From the NCBI GenBank assembly GCA_977016875.1, contig CDRNST010000144.1, forward strand, positions 4,588,001 through 4,652,000: a stretch of 64,000 nucleotides of DNA, given 5' to 3'. The notes below the pieces were generated by a model. It saw only the letters and a program-made list of their open reading frames with translations, was not told where the DNA came from and searched no databases. Shown piece after piece: positions 11,101-22,888 of the stretch; within the stretch, counting starts at the first letter, position 1, and each line of letters opens with the position of its first letter. This DNA comes from Pavona decussata. Its lineage: Eukaryota. The position numbers and the translations under genes are program-made.

Positions 11101-13753
11101 GCAGCCTCAGTTTGATTGACGCAGTGGTAACTTCCGGGAGAGTTTACACAAAGTTGCAAAGGACTACAAACGCTCCCGTTTCTAAGTTGACATTCATCTA
11201 TGTCTGCAGTAAGGCAGAGAATACAAATGGAATACTGTAGATTAAATATATGACTAACTAAATGTCTTGATTACCGTATTTATTCGATTAACCGCCCTGG
11301 GCGCTTATTCAATTTTGGGCCAATGAGGGTGGGCGCTTACTCGAGGTGGGCGCTTATTCAAGGGTGGGCTTTATTATTTTCCCAACATTTTCAGCAAGCG
11401 AGGACATTTTTAGAGAATAACAAAACCAGGGATAACAAGTTCACTTCGCTTCAACAATACAAAAGAAAGTGCAAAATCTAACAAACAATATAAACGTTCA
11501 TTGACTAGTCACTACCGTATCTAAAACGAACTTTGGAACACAACTGACGCTCCTCTTACTGCGCGATGGGCTAGTACAGAAATGTTTTTTGTTGGGAGGG
11601 GCTGGGGTGGGCGCTTATTCGAAGGTGGGCGGTTAATCGAATAAATACGGTGGTTGGTATTCCGATACATTCCATCAGTTTCCGTATCACCCTAGTTCCC
11701 ATGCCTAATCGTGCTTATCTAGTGGGCCGAGCTACCTATTTGAGACTTGGGACCTAGAGCGATAGCGCGAGGCTTCCTAGCTTCCCGGTCAGCTCAACGT
11801 GGACGTCACGTTCGGCCGTACGCCAAGGATGACTGAGGGCGAGGCTGCCTTCGTATCAGTACCCCAAGAGTAAGAGACGTTCTCGCGCGCGTGACTACAC
11901 GAGTTTTACGAGACTTAACGAGCGATTTGGATTAGAAGATTGAAGTGCATATAAAAGAAATGGAATCAGTCGTGCGGCCAATGAGATCGCACGATACAAT
12001 AAATATGGATCACATGCTAAACACAAAATACTACAAGTTGTTATCAGACTGCCATACCTCGACAAGACACCCTGTCTGCCTGAATTTGAAATCCCCTGCG
12101 ACAGTAACACTGGGCGCCTTTGTTCGGTATATCCCTGCACTCTTGCTGACAAAAGTTGGCGGAACACTTCGGTTTCAGCGAGGGATCGATCGTCGGAATG
12201 GTGATTGGAGGCCTGGCTACTGAGCCTGTGAAGACAAAGTTCAGATCCCTAATTCAGGCAGGAGCCGATTACTTGGAGCGCACAACTCCTGTAGACTGAT
12301 GTAACGACGTTTTTACAGACCTATTTATTTTTTCTCTTTTGATCGAAAATCCGCGGGGAAAAGCAAGAAAAACGAACAAATAAAACTAAGCAAGCGCGAA
12401 ATTCGAAGCGCGAGTCGCGCGTAGATGGGACAAAGCCGCGAGCCACAAGCAGCGCGCTTGAATTTTTTTCTCGTTGAGTTTTTTGTGTTCTTCTCCGCGG
12501 ATTTTCGAGCAAAAGAGAGAATGCTCACAGTCTACTGTTTATACTTAGCTTTGTTTTTCTCTGCATTGTTTTTCATTCTTTCACTTTCATAAAAATACTG
12601 AAGGTAACAACAAAAAGGCGCTGTTATCTTACCACTGCAGCATTCGCTGAAAGCCTTCAAGCAGGGAAAACTTAAGTTCTGGGAGGCAAAATCCCGAAAT
12701 ACAGCCACAGAACACGTGACATCCTTGTCCTCCTTTGCTTTGATGCCCAGTGCACAGCAGTCACAGCATTCGCGGAAATCATCACCGCCAACAAAAGGTC
12801 TGAACCAATCACAGGGTTGGCCCAGGCTAAACAACAGAAAGGAAACTATCTTCAATTCCGAACAAGCACTTTCACTCTTACATACAAACGCATGATGAAG
12901 TTATAACATTGTTGTCTATCCAATAAATTATAGGTCCTAAAACCGCTGATGACTACAATAACCGCTTTGAAACAATTTTAATTGTTCGTTCAAAGGACTT
13001 TATAGGGATTTATTTTTGGAGAGGAGTTGATTTCCTAGGGAGCTTATTATTCAAAGGTATTTTGAATTCAAAATTGTTGGGTTTAACAGTAAGAAAAAGC
13101 TTTTAAAAAATGCTAACAGCTAAACGTTTTTTTAAGGGGTGGCCCGAAGGGCGGAGGTTGGGAGTGGTGGATAGCTTATTTTTGGAATTTTACGGTATGA
13201 TCTGGAAAATGGCTCTAATTTTTAACTGTGCAAGAAATCCTAACTCGATGTGACCTTTCAATTGAAAAATGCTGAGCAGTATTTGCATTCCTGCAGTGCT
13301 GTTTATTATAACGGGGGAATCTGCATCGGGGTAACTGATAGCTGAGAATTGGCCAAAATTTTAACTGTCAGCTGAGACATGGCAGTTTTTAAAGCTGGGA
13401 ATCGTTAAAAAAACTGCTAGCTAACAACTGTAAAGTTAATACATGGACAGTAAGTTAACAACGAAAATGGCTCAGAGCTCCTCACAACTTGTTTCAAAAA
13501 GTCGTACGGTCGTCAGAAGATAACAAGCATTGTTCAGGTAAAAGTCCGGAAAGAGATTAAAATCACCTGAAAGTTTCTTCTAAAATATTCGAATGATATT
13601 CGACATTGACATCGATGATACAATACAGGACCGCAAAAAACACTGAGAGGTAAAGGTTAACTGAGATCCGGCATAATTGAGGGCTGGGAAAATTTGCTTA
13701 AACTTTAACTGATGGCTGAGAATCCAGCACCCACATACAGAAACTCTAACATA

Positions 13754-13825
<72 letters not shown>

Positions 13826-16273
13826 GTACGAGCGAGCGCAGCGAGTAAGTCAACTATTGTTTTTTATCGCGCGCCATTTTTCACCCACTGTTTGCATAAA
13901 CAACCGTGAAAAAGCGGGAAATGACGTCATCAATATCCTCACTAGTGAGGATACGGAAAATACGCCACTCGGATCCAATTGAATTCAAATTAATTTTAAT
14001 TCACACTTATTCGAATGAAATACAATATATTTTTATGGTAAGAAAAAAATAAACATACAGAGCATTTTATTAAGTGATTTTACCTTCTAGGGAAGAAGTG
14101 CGTAGTGGCCAAGGGAGCAAGGCTTTCGTGTTGGCCACTGCCTCTGTGCAGTACGGATGTAGTTTTGTATGAATTAAACGAGAGGTGTATTTTCAAGTAA
14201 AACACTTGTGTCCATATAATAAAGCACTTACAGTTAAGTAAATAATAAAACTTACGATGCTTCGTATTTTCCACTCTCGCAACTCAGCTTCTGGATTTCT
14301 TTAACGCAGCAAATTCTTTCGGCGTGTCGACAGATGATGCGATCCATCGGATTATTAAATCGTCTGCGATCCAAATCATCGGAGTTACACGAAGTAGGAT
14401 TGTTAGCCCTTTTTGCTTTTCGTTGGCCTTTCGAGCAGCATCGGGTGACCCAGCTCAAATACGAGGCTTTATAAAAGAAGAAAGAAATTTGATGCTTTAT
14501 ACCTGACTTTGTTGAAATCGGTTAGGTTCAAGTTTTTCAACCCAGACAGTTATAATAAGGTGCTTCCTTGCGTTTAAGTAGGAATAGGTTCTGTCATTTT
14601 TAGGGTTTATAATTGTTTCAATACTGTAAATTCCGAATGTACGCCTCCCTGAATCTAAGCCCTCGAAATCTTAGACGCTAAAATCCTTCCGATAATTAGC
14701 CCTTTCACTCTAACCCCCCCCCCCCCCTCCTCTCTCCCTCCTCACCACCACCACCACCCCCACCGACACCCGCAAAGAATATAAGCCCCTGGTTCTGTTT
14801 GCGTTAGCTGTTAACTTAGGATTTCGAGCTGATTAATTTTGAATCGTAGAATTCCCTCCGATGATAGCACTAAACGCCCCCCTTCCCTTCCCTTCCCCAC
14901 CCCCGAAAATGCACCACCTTTGAAGGCCAGGTCTTCCATTCGAATTTTAAAGGCAATATCTTTTCTTTTAGCGTTTGCAATAAAAATGTCAATTTCTGTA
15001 AATTTCTGTGACAATACAAAATTTTTAACAGAACATAGCATTTCGTTTATGAAGTTTGTTTCCCACAGATGTGGATTTTAGAAAGGAATTAAATGATTTT
15101 TTAATAGAGTAGATGTTTGCTGAGAATACTCTACAGAAATGTTTTCACAGGCTCTACATTTGTCAGTATATTGGTATTATTTTTTTTCTCAGTGGCTTTC
15201 AGGTTCCTCTGTTAGAGAGTTTTCTCCTGGACAAAGCCTTGAATTAACATTAAAAAAAAATAACATGGTTTTAGTAAGGGAATATAAATCTTCGGGTGAA
15301 AGTTTCATTTCTTTCCGGATTTTTTTTTTGTTGGTTTCTTTCTTTATTTTCTATTAATATAATTTTCCTACTCATTGTCAAAGTTTATCAATCGCAGAGG
15401 TTCATAAAAACGTGACGCATTCCTCATTATTAGTCGGGCCCGAGTAAGAATTTCAAGCACTTGAATTAGATTGCTTCAGACAACAACTGAGGCCGCCAGA
15501 TGTCTTGAATATTACGTCTTCCTGCATGAACCGCGATGGAATATCGTCTGGAATACGAGCAATAAACCAACACAATGTACTTTGAATAAGCCACTTATCT
15601 GACAACTTTTTTTCTAACTTAGTCAGAGCAGAATAGCTAATAGCTTCTTGGATAAGCTCACTTAACAACATAATACTAATAAGCTTAGGTAAAAGGTAAA
15701 GTTTACATACAGGAAATATGAGTATTTATCACACCCCGATACATGGTATACGCAAGAGCTCATATGATACAATCCCGTACAGCTTCGTATACCCTTGCGG
15801 TTTGCACAGTCGCACAAATAAAATTATCACACAGAGAATCTCAAATCAATGGCAAGGATCATCATCAGTGCTTAGTTAAAGCCAAGTACTTATTAACAAA
15901 AACTTCGTTGTTTATATAAGGTCACACTTTGACCCACTGCCACAACGTTTGCCATGCAATCAAATAAATACGTATTCCATGTGCATGAAGCATACAGTCA
16001 TTTTAGTTTCGGTTAAGATCCACTCGGCCTTTGTCGGTCGCTGCAGAACATCGCCATAAAGTAAGCTACGACTTCCTAGTTTCAACTTGATGGATGAACA
16101 GTGGGTAAAGAAATATAAACAAGCCCTTAGTTACCTTCAAAATCTTGTAATTAATCATTGGGTTAATGGCTTTCTTCCATTAGGTGACATGAAAAGTTTA
16201 ACTCACCTCGGGCAATGGAGATGTACACCAAAGAGACCAGCAAAAGCAGCACGATGTCCGACAAACGGGCCAT
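7967..16273 (-). CDS. FBLN1/2: Fibulin-1/2-like secreted ECM protein (signal peptide, anaphylatoxin-like modules, 5 EGF/cbEGF), at least 389 aa, 3' end unresolved; exons 16273-16207, 14466-14256, 12826-12633, 12225-12058, 11203-11060, 10626-10504, 9865-9743, 8104-7967
   Basis: CC-bounded anaphylatoxin-like modules followed by DxDEC..C..C.N..GSY.C cbEGF repeats, which is the N-terminal architecture of fibulin-1/2. All junctions are GT-AG and phase-consistent. Confidence 0.88.
8860..9085 (-). mobile_element. SINE with conserved central domain (V/Meta-SINE-like), degenerate tRNA head
   Basis: Minus strand reads ggttcgag..cacccaggtgtataaatgggtac..ggggtaaccctgcaatagactagtatcccatccaaggg, as recalled from widespread metazoan SINE2 cores. 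Confidence 0.7.
9743..9865 (-). CDS. FBLN1/2: Fibulin-like exon 7 (cbEGF)
   Basis: DKDECRTREAQCPQYSTCVNTDGSYRCECDSGRTLQNNTCE. Confidence 0.92.
9940..10370. repeat. Degenerate ~11-bp-period minisatellite (gcttcgtgtgc-like)
   Basis: Successive units gaggttcgtgt gcgcttcgtct gaggttcgttt gcgtttcaagt; strongly A-poor on the + strand. Confidence 0.6.
10504..10626 (-). CDS. FBLN1/2: Fibulin-like exon 6 (cbEGF)
   Basis: DVDECVRGLHRCGRQQTCVNNDGSYSCVCSRGYEASGSSCY. Confidence 0.92.
11060..11203 (-). CDS. FBLN1/2: Fibulin-like exon 5 (cbEGF)
   Basis: DIDECQLRNGSVCSPLQLCVNSPGSYHCVNQTEAACRLGEEEQGGRCI; phase 1-1. Confidence 0.92.
11274..11650. mobile_element. Tc1/mariner-superfamily (CCGTA-type) MITE
   Basis: Perfect 24-bp TIR ccgtatttattcgattaaccgccc, TA on the left, internal gggcgcttatt repeats; a degraded relative lies at ~55287-55580. 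Confidence 0.85.
12058..12225 (-). CDS. FBLN1/2: Fibulin-like exon 4 (Pro-rich linker + EGF)
   Basis: SVARPPITIPTIDPSLKPKCSANFCQQECRDIPNKGAQCYCRRGFQIQADRVSCR; phase 1-1. Confidence 0.9.
12292..12534. mobile_element. MITE with tagactg..cagtcta termini
   Basis: Inverted blocks tctcttttgatcgaaaatccgcgg / ccgcggattttcgagcaaaagaga. Confidence 0.65.
12633..12826 (-). CDS. FBLN1/2: Fibulin-like exon 3 (anaphylatoxin-like)
   Basis: LGQPC..ECCDCCALG..C..PCLKAFSECCS; acceptor tgttgtttag, donor gtaaga. Confidence 0.9.
13751..13825. repeat. (ATA)n microsatellite
   Basis: Read directly; gives the spurious poly-Ile ORF 13712..13909. Confidence 0.95.
14256..14466 (-). CDS. FBLN1/2: Fibulin-like exon 2 (anaphylatoxin-like)
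   Basis: SYLSWVTRCCSKG..C..ICRHAERICCVKEIQKLSCESGKYEA; donor gtaagt. Confidence 0.88.
16207..16273 (-). CDS. FBLN1/2: Fibulin-like exon 1, signal peptide MARLSDIVLLLLVSLVYISIAR
   Basis: aaaATGg context, hydrophobic core, phase-1 donor G|gtgagt matching the next exon. Confidence 0.85.
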
Positions 16274-17485
16274 TTTTGAAAATCCTCCGAGATAAAAAAT
16301 AAACTTTGAAAGCGCCGCGCTCAATGAGTTGCGTGCGAAGTTATTTACGATGAGCTTTGTAATCGAAGCTTCTGTGGCATACAGATCATTAGCAAGCTGA
16401 GTGCCAGAAATCATTGACGTTCTGAAATCGGACACCTATGATCAAGGTCAGTCGGACTCTTGAGGGTGGGGAGAGCCAATGTAAAAAGGATCGGGGTGGT
16501 CCCCCGGGTGATCCTCTTCTTTGTGAAACCGAAATCGTTCGCTTTTGGTACATTTTAGGGCCTTCAGTTGCAGTTCTCTTCTATCGATCTTTCTTGCTGT
16601 TGTTGTTGTACTGTGGGTGTTTTATTTTGTTGGTTTGTTTCATTTTTGTACTTTTAGTCCTGAAAGAGTAAGGGTTTCGAAATCTGGTAGCAAGATTATA
16701 TCGTTGTGAGGGGTACCTTCACCATCACTCCCCTTCCCTCTTTGCTAGCCGCTGTTCGGGAAAGGAAAGCCAGACCCGAGGGAGAGGCGGAAATCGAGCC
16801 TAAGCATCGTGCCGTTCAACACTGACCTCGTAATGTAACAGGGGCTTTTGGGGCTTTTTTTAGCTCTGTGGCTAAGCGAGAGGTGCCCTGCTACCTACCG
16901 GGATCTTTTACATCAAGTGGACCAGATCTTCTTCACAGGAACATAGCGTTTATTGCAGATCTTGACTCATTCTGTTACAAGCAGAACTCAGAAGCTTTTA
17001 CTGAAGAACATTTGTCATATAAGACCCTGGCCAATAGTATTTCGACAACTCAATTTCACTTGCGTAAGCTTAGCAAATGGAGGAAATTCTAAAGAAAATA
17101 CTTTTTGCGCCTTTCGAAAGAACAGCGGGTGTTCAACACCTATGTGTTTTACTTGACGGTTACAAAGGCTCCGATATTTCCTAAACTGAATGAAATCTAT
17201 TTTTTTCACCGAAAAATGTCCCGTAACAGTAAGAAAGCATAATGAAATTCAATATTCTTGACCTCTTGGGTAGAATGATAATGGCTTTTTATTTTTCTGA
17301 AGGCTCGTTTCTCAATCATTTCCGCTGATTTTTTTCTCATTTTGAGTTCAGAAGAGTCAACTGGTTTACGTAGAAGTTGTGCGTTAATGCCTCTGAGCTG
17401 GCACAATAAAAGTAACTGAAAAGCAGTACGTATATGAGATGCGTAACCACTAAATAATTATATAGTAACGGCGTAAATCAGTATA

Positions 17486-17969
17486 CAGTCGAAGCTCTCC
17501 TTACGACCACTCTCCTAAGCGACCAGCTCCGAGTTATGACCATCATCAAAAGCTCTCGTAAGCGACCGCTCCCATAAGCGACCGCGAACACTTTTGAGAA
17601 TTACAAACGGGTCTTTTCCTTCGTTTTAAAGCTCTCGTAAGCGACGACTCGGAGCTTCCGATACGTATTACGGCAACTCTTTAATAAAAGTATACACTTC
17701 GTGATCACATTTACAGCACTATAGCACTGTCTAGTAATGTTCGAAGGTAAAGATCTCGAACCTAATACTCAAAGATGATTTACGGCTGGATCAAGAGTGT
17801 TACCCTGAGACCGAGGTAGAAGGCTTCATGCTAAAAGCTCTAGTAAGCGGCTAGCTTCTATTATATCAGCTGTTGGTCCCTTACGAGATTGCATTCTCGT
17901 AAGCGACCAGCTCTAGTTGCGACCACTTTTTCCAATTTCCGAGGTCGTCGCTTACGAGAGCTTCGACTG
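17486..17969. mobile_element. pogo/Tigger-like MITE
   Basis: TA|cagtcgaagctctc ... gagagcttcgactg; repeated internal ctctcgtaagcgacc. Confidence 0.8.
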
Positions 17970-19076
17970 GATAACAAATAGAAAAGGGGGTTAATTTCTA
18001 CTAAGAATCAAAGAATCTGTAGTGCTACATCGGGGAGTTGGGGGGGGGGGGGGGGAGGGGTAGAGGGGAGTGGAAACAAATACGGAACGATTATCGTACG
18101 AAATCGCGTGGAATGTCGCCTGATACTTAAATTCAGGGGAAATATTTTATTATTCAACACATTGATAACAAAGCACAGTTTTATTGCAGAAAGGCTGGAG
18201 ACGATCTTTATTTTGCCATTTTTCTCCCCGACACAGGAAATTACGTATATCGCAGGATAACTGTTGACTACAGACGACGAATATTCAGGTACCATGACCA
18301 TATTTGGGCAGTGTTACAATGTGTTGTGTATTATTTGGTGTCGACTGAGTTTGGCCAAAGTAAAGAGATCCGACAGCTGACGGTTCGTGCGTTAGCTTTT
18401 CGTCAAAGCGAGTCCTGTTTTTGAATGGATATAGCTATTTTTCTCACCGGGAGGACGGGGTTGTCGCGTTCAATTTCGATTTTCCTGCCCGCTTCCTGGG
18501 TACGAGGTTGTCCTGCCCGCTTAAAACTCTTCGCTTTCTGACCAAATGTGACACCACTGTTTGTTGGATGATTCTCTCTAACAAAGGGCTAACAGTCGGT
18601 GGCAAAATTACCTTATTCAGACGATAAAACTCAACACTATGTGTACAGTATTGTTGGCGGAAAAAAATTAATTAAAAAAAATAACAATAATAATAATAAT
18701 TATCATAATAATTTTTTAGTTAAATATTTTAATAATTATGAAATAACTTTATTATTTACAAGAATAAAATCTACTAGATACAGTTTGAATTCTATTAAAA
18801 CCTAAGTGATATTACAGTTTGCTGTCATAAAATTGTGAAATATCAACATCTCATATATAAAAGCTAATTCATATGGGTTTGGTTCAGAAGATAAAAGAAC
18901 AATTTCCTCAGATGTAATAAAAATATATATACCCTCATAATAAAAATATTCTAAATAAATGCCCAGTCACAGTGTTCCCAATCATACACTAAAAAATAGT
19001 TCAGACTGACAAAAAAAAGTCACTACTTAAATTCTGGCTTGCGCACTTTCCGATTTAATGTCAGTAATAATCTAAA

Positions 19077-19077
<1 letters not shown>

Positions 19078-19126
<49 letters not shown>
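19078..19126. repeat. (ATA)n microsatellite
   Basis: Read directly. Confidence 0.95.
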
Positions 19127-19127
<1 letters not shown>

Positions 19128-21011
19128 TCTTTTTTCGCCTTTAATGGTATCCAGTTGAGTAAATTTCAACTGCAGCAGTTCAGTTGGGTTTACAGGACAA
19201 AGGTTATTCGCCGGTTCGTTTAAGTAGCCCTACCCCTAACCCGCTCGGCTGAGTCGTGCCATCTTTAACATTAACTGAAAACGTAAAATAATATTTAATA
19301 TTCAACACAATCTTTATTGCAGATATTTATCCTGGTATGATACAATAAAAATTCCTTAAGTGGTAATAAATAGCCATTCGTCCACAGGTTTTTCCAAAAC
19401 TATTGCAATGGTATAAAAATGTATATTTACACAATCTACAAATCAGTTCGTTCCTTTTAAAAAAACGACTACAAATGGAGTTGAAAAACTATCAAGCTTT
19501 TCTCTGTAGAAATAACATCGCCGTTGGAAATTGATGAGTGTTTAAGTAATCCATTTACCGTTTTTGCATAGAAAATAGAGAACTTGAGTAATTTAGGGTG
19601 CGTTTCCTTTTTCTGAACTATTCTGGAATGAGAATGTATAGAAACGGGAAACCTTAAACAAGAAGCAATTTCAAAAATTCCCTTGAATGGCCCCTGAGTA
19701 AAACTGTCCATTTTCTAAAACAGATTGAATTCGAAGAGCTTAAACCCAAGGCCAAAGAAACTCTTTTCTTTTTCTAATCTTACGACGATTCGTTATGTAG
19801 AGCCTTCGTTTAGTCGAGAAATTGCAAAGTCAAAGACGTTTGTATGTCATGGGATTTACGCCATATCACTGGTCAAATAACTGGAAATTTCAGACTGGAT
19901 TTTACTGCCTTAACTATTTTTCAAATAACTGATTAGTGGCTTGTTTATCCAGAAAATGTTGACGGAATTAATGAAAAGGATGTGCGTGTTTGTTTGTTTG
20001 TTTTTTTTCTTCTAAGGTTGCTTGGCCCCGAAAATCATGCAGTTTTGCTTATTCTTTCTGTTGCCTCGTTTGTTCAATCGATTTATAATCAGGCAAAATC
20101 GACGTAAAATGACCGGAACGACATTCTAACGATTCCAGGATCAGGATAACTAACCACGAGTTAAGTTTCACGTCATTTAAGGTCCTCATTCCAGAATAAC
20201 TCCTCACTAAAACGCACCATTAACTTATCTACTCCTAGACTCCCTTGACCCGGGTTCATCATTCTCATTGGTTCATAGCGCACGCCTGTTGTGACTGGCC
20301 AGCCTAATAAATTTGATTTTGGTTTAACGACACTCAGTTGAAAACCGTTTAATAAACTCAATAACCTTCATTTCCCGTGAAAATATGTACGCAAATTTGT
20401 CCTTGAACATTGTCTGTAACATAAAACTCACCCCCTCTCGTGCTTCGCTTTTGTGAAACCGTTCACTTCTCGAAACAGCTAATGCCTGCGGACATCTTTT
20501 AGTGCCAAAAGAGATTATTGCTTATAAATATGCTAATCGATGAAGTCAGATTTTAGAGAAAGCGGTTGACAATTTACAATTTTGATGTCGTCACATGCAT
20601 ACAAACCACCTTAGTTTAAGAATTCTAAGCTTCCAATTATATTCATTCAGAACTAGTAATGACCATTTTTAATGTTTTTATGATTAATTCAGGTTCCATC
20701 CCAGGTCACGAGATTTAAGATTTTGATCAACCGAGAAAAAAGGGCTTTGATCCAAATTCCCTTACGGCGAATAACTTTTAAAGTATTAAAACGGTAAGGA
20801 GGAAATCCCTCTTTAGGTCTTACTTGTGTTAAAAATTTTCGTAGTTATAAAAGAATAAACCTAGGAAGTAAATGCAGGGTATAAAATAAGCATTTTTCTT
20901 CCTATGCAGTTAAACTTATATTATTTGCCTGTCTGATACATTGGCCCTCGATATAGGTTTAAATTCGTACCCCCCCCCCCTCCCCATAAAAAAAAAAAAT
21001 TAAAGAGCAGC

Positions 21012-21368
21012 TATTGTTGGTTTTCACATGACGTCATAAAAAACTGAAATTCATAACTAAAGACAATTTTGGGTTTTTTTCTTCATCACATATAAGAAAA
21101 TCTGAATTTCCATCGGCTTGCTTGTTTACAGCACGATAGCATCCTTTGTTTTGAAAATAGAGCAGTTTGAATTTTAGATTTTTGCGCAGTGCGTGACAGA
21201 AGGATTGCTCCTCTAAACATGTCACGTACATGAAAACATCGATTCGCCTCGTGTTTTTTTTAAATCTGATCAGCTAACATGTAATAGAAGCGTTAATGTC
21301 AATGTGTGAAAGTTCAGCAGAGAGAAGAAAGACTTTGAAATAGCCAAGGTAAACACCAGATGTTTTTG

Positions 21369-21399
<31 letters not shown>

Positions 21400-21621
21400 A
21401 GACGGGGCACCAACATGGCGTCCCATACTAAACTCTGTAATTTTCCGTGGTACATTTTCTCGAATAATTCGATTAGGAGATATCGCACAGCCCTGTGGCT
21501 TTCACACGTTGTTTACGTATCACTCTTCAACAACATATCAATTTCTTGACTTTATCTATTGAATGGTTGAGGATTTTATTTTTTCACTTGCGTGACGATG
21601 TGTGAGGTGAAAACCACCTAT
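21012..21621. mobile_element. Non-autonomous DNA transposon-like repeat
   Basis: Inverted ends tggttttcac..tgacgtca / gtgaaaacca. Confidence 0.5.
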
Positions 21622-22246
21622 TATTTGCTGCTTTCTCGTGAGAACGAAAGTCATTTTAGAACCATGTCATTTGACCAAATCTGCCATGGTCATCGTTGAC
21701 ATTTGATTATCGATAAGTTAAAGTCATTCTAATAAGTATTCGCGTTAACGAAAGGAAAGAGTTTGACTGAATTTTTAAATTGGGTCCAATAAAATAACTC
21801 TCTTTTGAGAGATCGTCAATTTAAACAAAACTTTGTAGTGGCATTAACAAACAAAATCAAAGAAGGTCCACACCTTCACCTTCACCTTCACTGTACCTTC
21901 CAAATCTTGAACTTCCGGTTTCGGGCAAATTGATCTTTTTATTCCACGAAAATTATATCCCATGGCCTACTATATTCGAGGAAGAGAACTGGTAAAACAG
22001 TTCAACTCACACGAACATCAGAGGAATGGGAAGATTTCACTAAGACCGACGAAAATCTTGTCGAACACCTTGGTTACAACACAAGCGATTAACTGATGAA
22101 TGGTACAGCCTGGATGATCTCGCCTCCACTTGCCTTGGTCACCAACGGGTTAGTTTTCGCGATGGGCACTTTGCGTCGAAATTCACTTTCTTTTCCGCAA
22201 AAAGTTAAAGCGCGCGAATTAGCTGTTCCGTTTTAGGGACTCCTTC

Positions 22247-22888
22247 TCATACTGACGTCACAGTAACGTTCCGTTCCCTGGCTTCACTCGAGTCTCTTTC
22301 CTGGTTCTGGGAATTGCTGGGAACCCCGCTTCTTTCAAGAAGATTTATCAGAATTCCCATTTGGTTCTCTAGTCTCTGCATGTTGGAAGACATTTCTTCA
22401 AAACGTGCTTCTAAATCCTCGCACTTACAACGTCGGGCGTTTGTCTTACAGTCAGAGCACGTAGACTTAGCAACGCTGAGTTTATGGTGTGGGGCCTCTT
22501 CTGTAAAATCACCTTCGCTGACATCCTCTTCTGCACTATTCTCTTCACTGGGTCTATGAACATTTTCATTATCATCAGCACAAGCGATGTCACTCAATCG
22601 CGTTACATTGAAGAAACGTCCGAGGAACTCCGTCGATGTATCGTCCATAGAAAGGCTGTTGTATTTCTGAAGATCTCCGTTTCCAACTCTTTCTTTTGAA
22701 CTATGAAGAGATTCTTTGTCTAATAACCTACCGCTGCGGACGCCAAGCATTGGTTTCATCTCGTACTCTTGGTCCACCATTAACCGGTTTTTCTTGTGGG
22801 TGCAAGAATGCTTCCGCTCCGCTCCAGCTTTTGGATGGCTTCCAGAGCCATTCCTGTTTGCTTCATACAAGTTTTCATCTGTTAAACC
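22247..22888 (-). CDS. KCNH (Erg): Erg last exon (distal C-terminus, coiled coil)
   Basis: Acceptor ctctttcgtag; contains DLEARFEEMSSNMQRLENQMGILINLL; ends VTSV*. Confidence 0.88.
   Translation of the reverse strand, partial: GLTDENLYEANRNGSGSHPKAGAERKHSCTHKKNRLMVDQEYEMKPMLGVRSGRLLDKESLHSSKERVGNGDLQKYNSLSMDDTSTEFLGRFFNVTRLSDIACADDNENVHRPSEENSAEEDVSEGDFTEEAPHHKLSVAKSTCSDCKTNARRCKCEDLEARFEEMSSNMQRLENQMGILINLLERSGVPSNSQNQERDSSEARERNVTVTSV

Noticed and set aside
13712-13909. Poly-Ile hydrophobic ORF
   Set aside because: Translation of an (ATA)n microsatellite.
16899-16971. Exon-like segment upstream of the fibulin ATG exon (also a donor near 18244)
   Set aside because: Stops in all frames and no convincing acceptor before the ATG exon; could be UTR but is unsupported.
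17500-17960. CRISPR-like repeated ctctcgtaagcgacc
   Set aside because: Eukaryotic context, irregular spacing, and enclosed by TIRs; these are MITE subterminal repeats.
18656-19139. AT-rich block with weak inverted ends
   Set aside because: The inverted match is short and low-complexity with no TSD; not enough to call an element.
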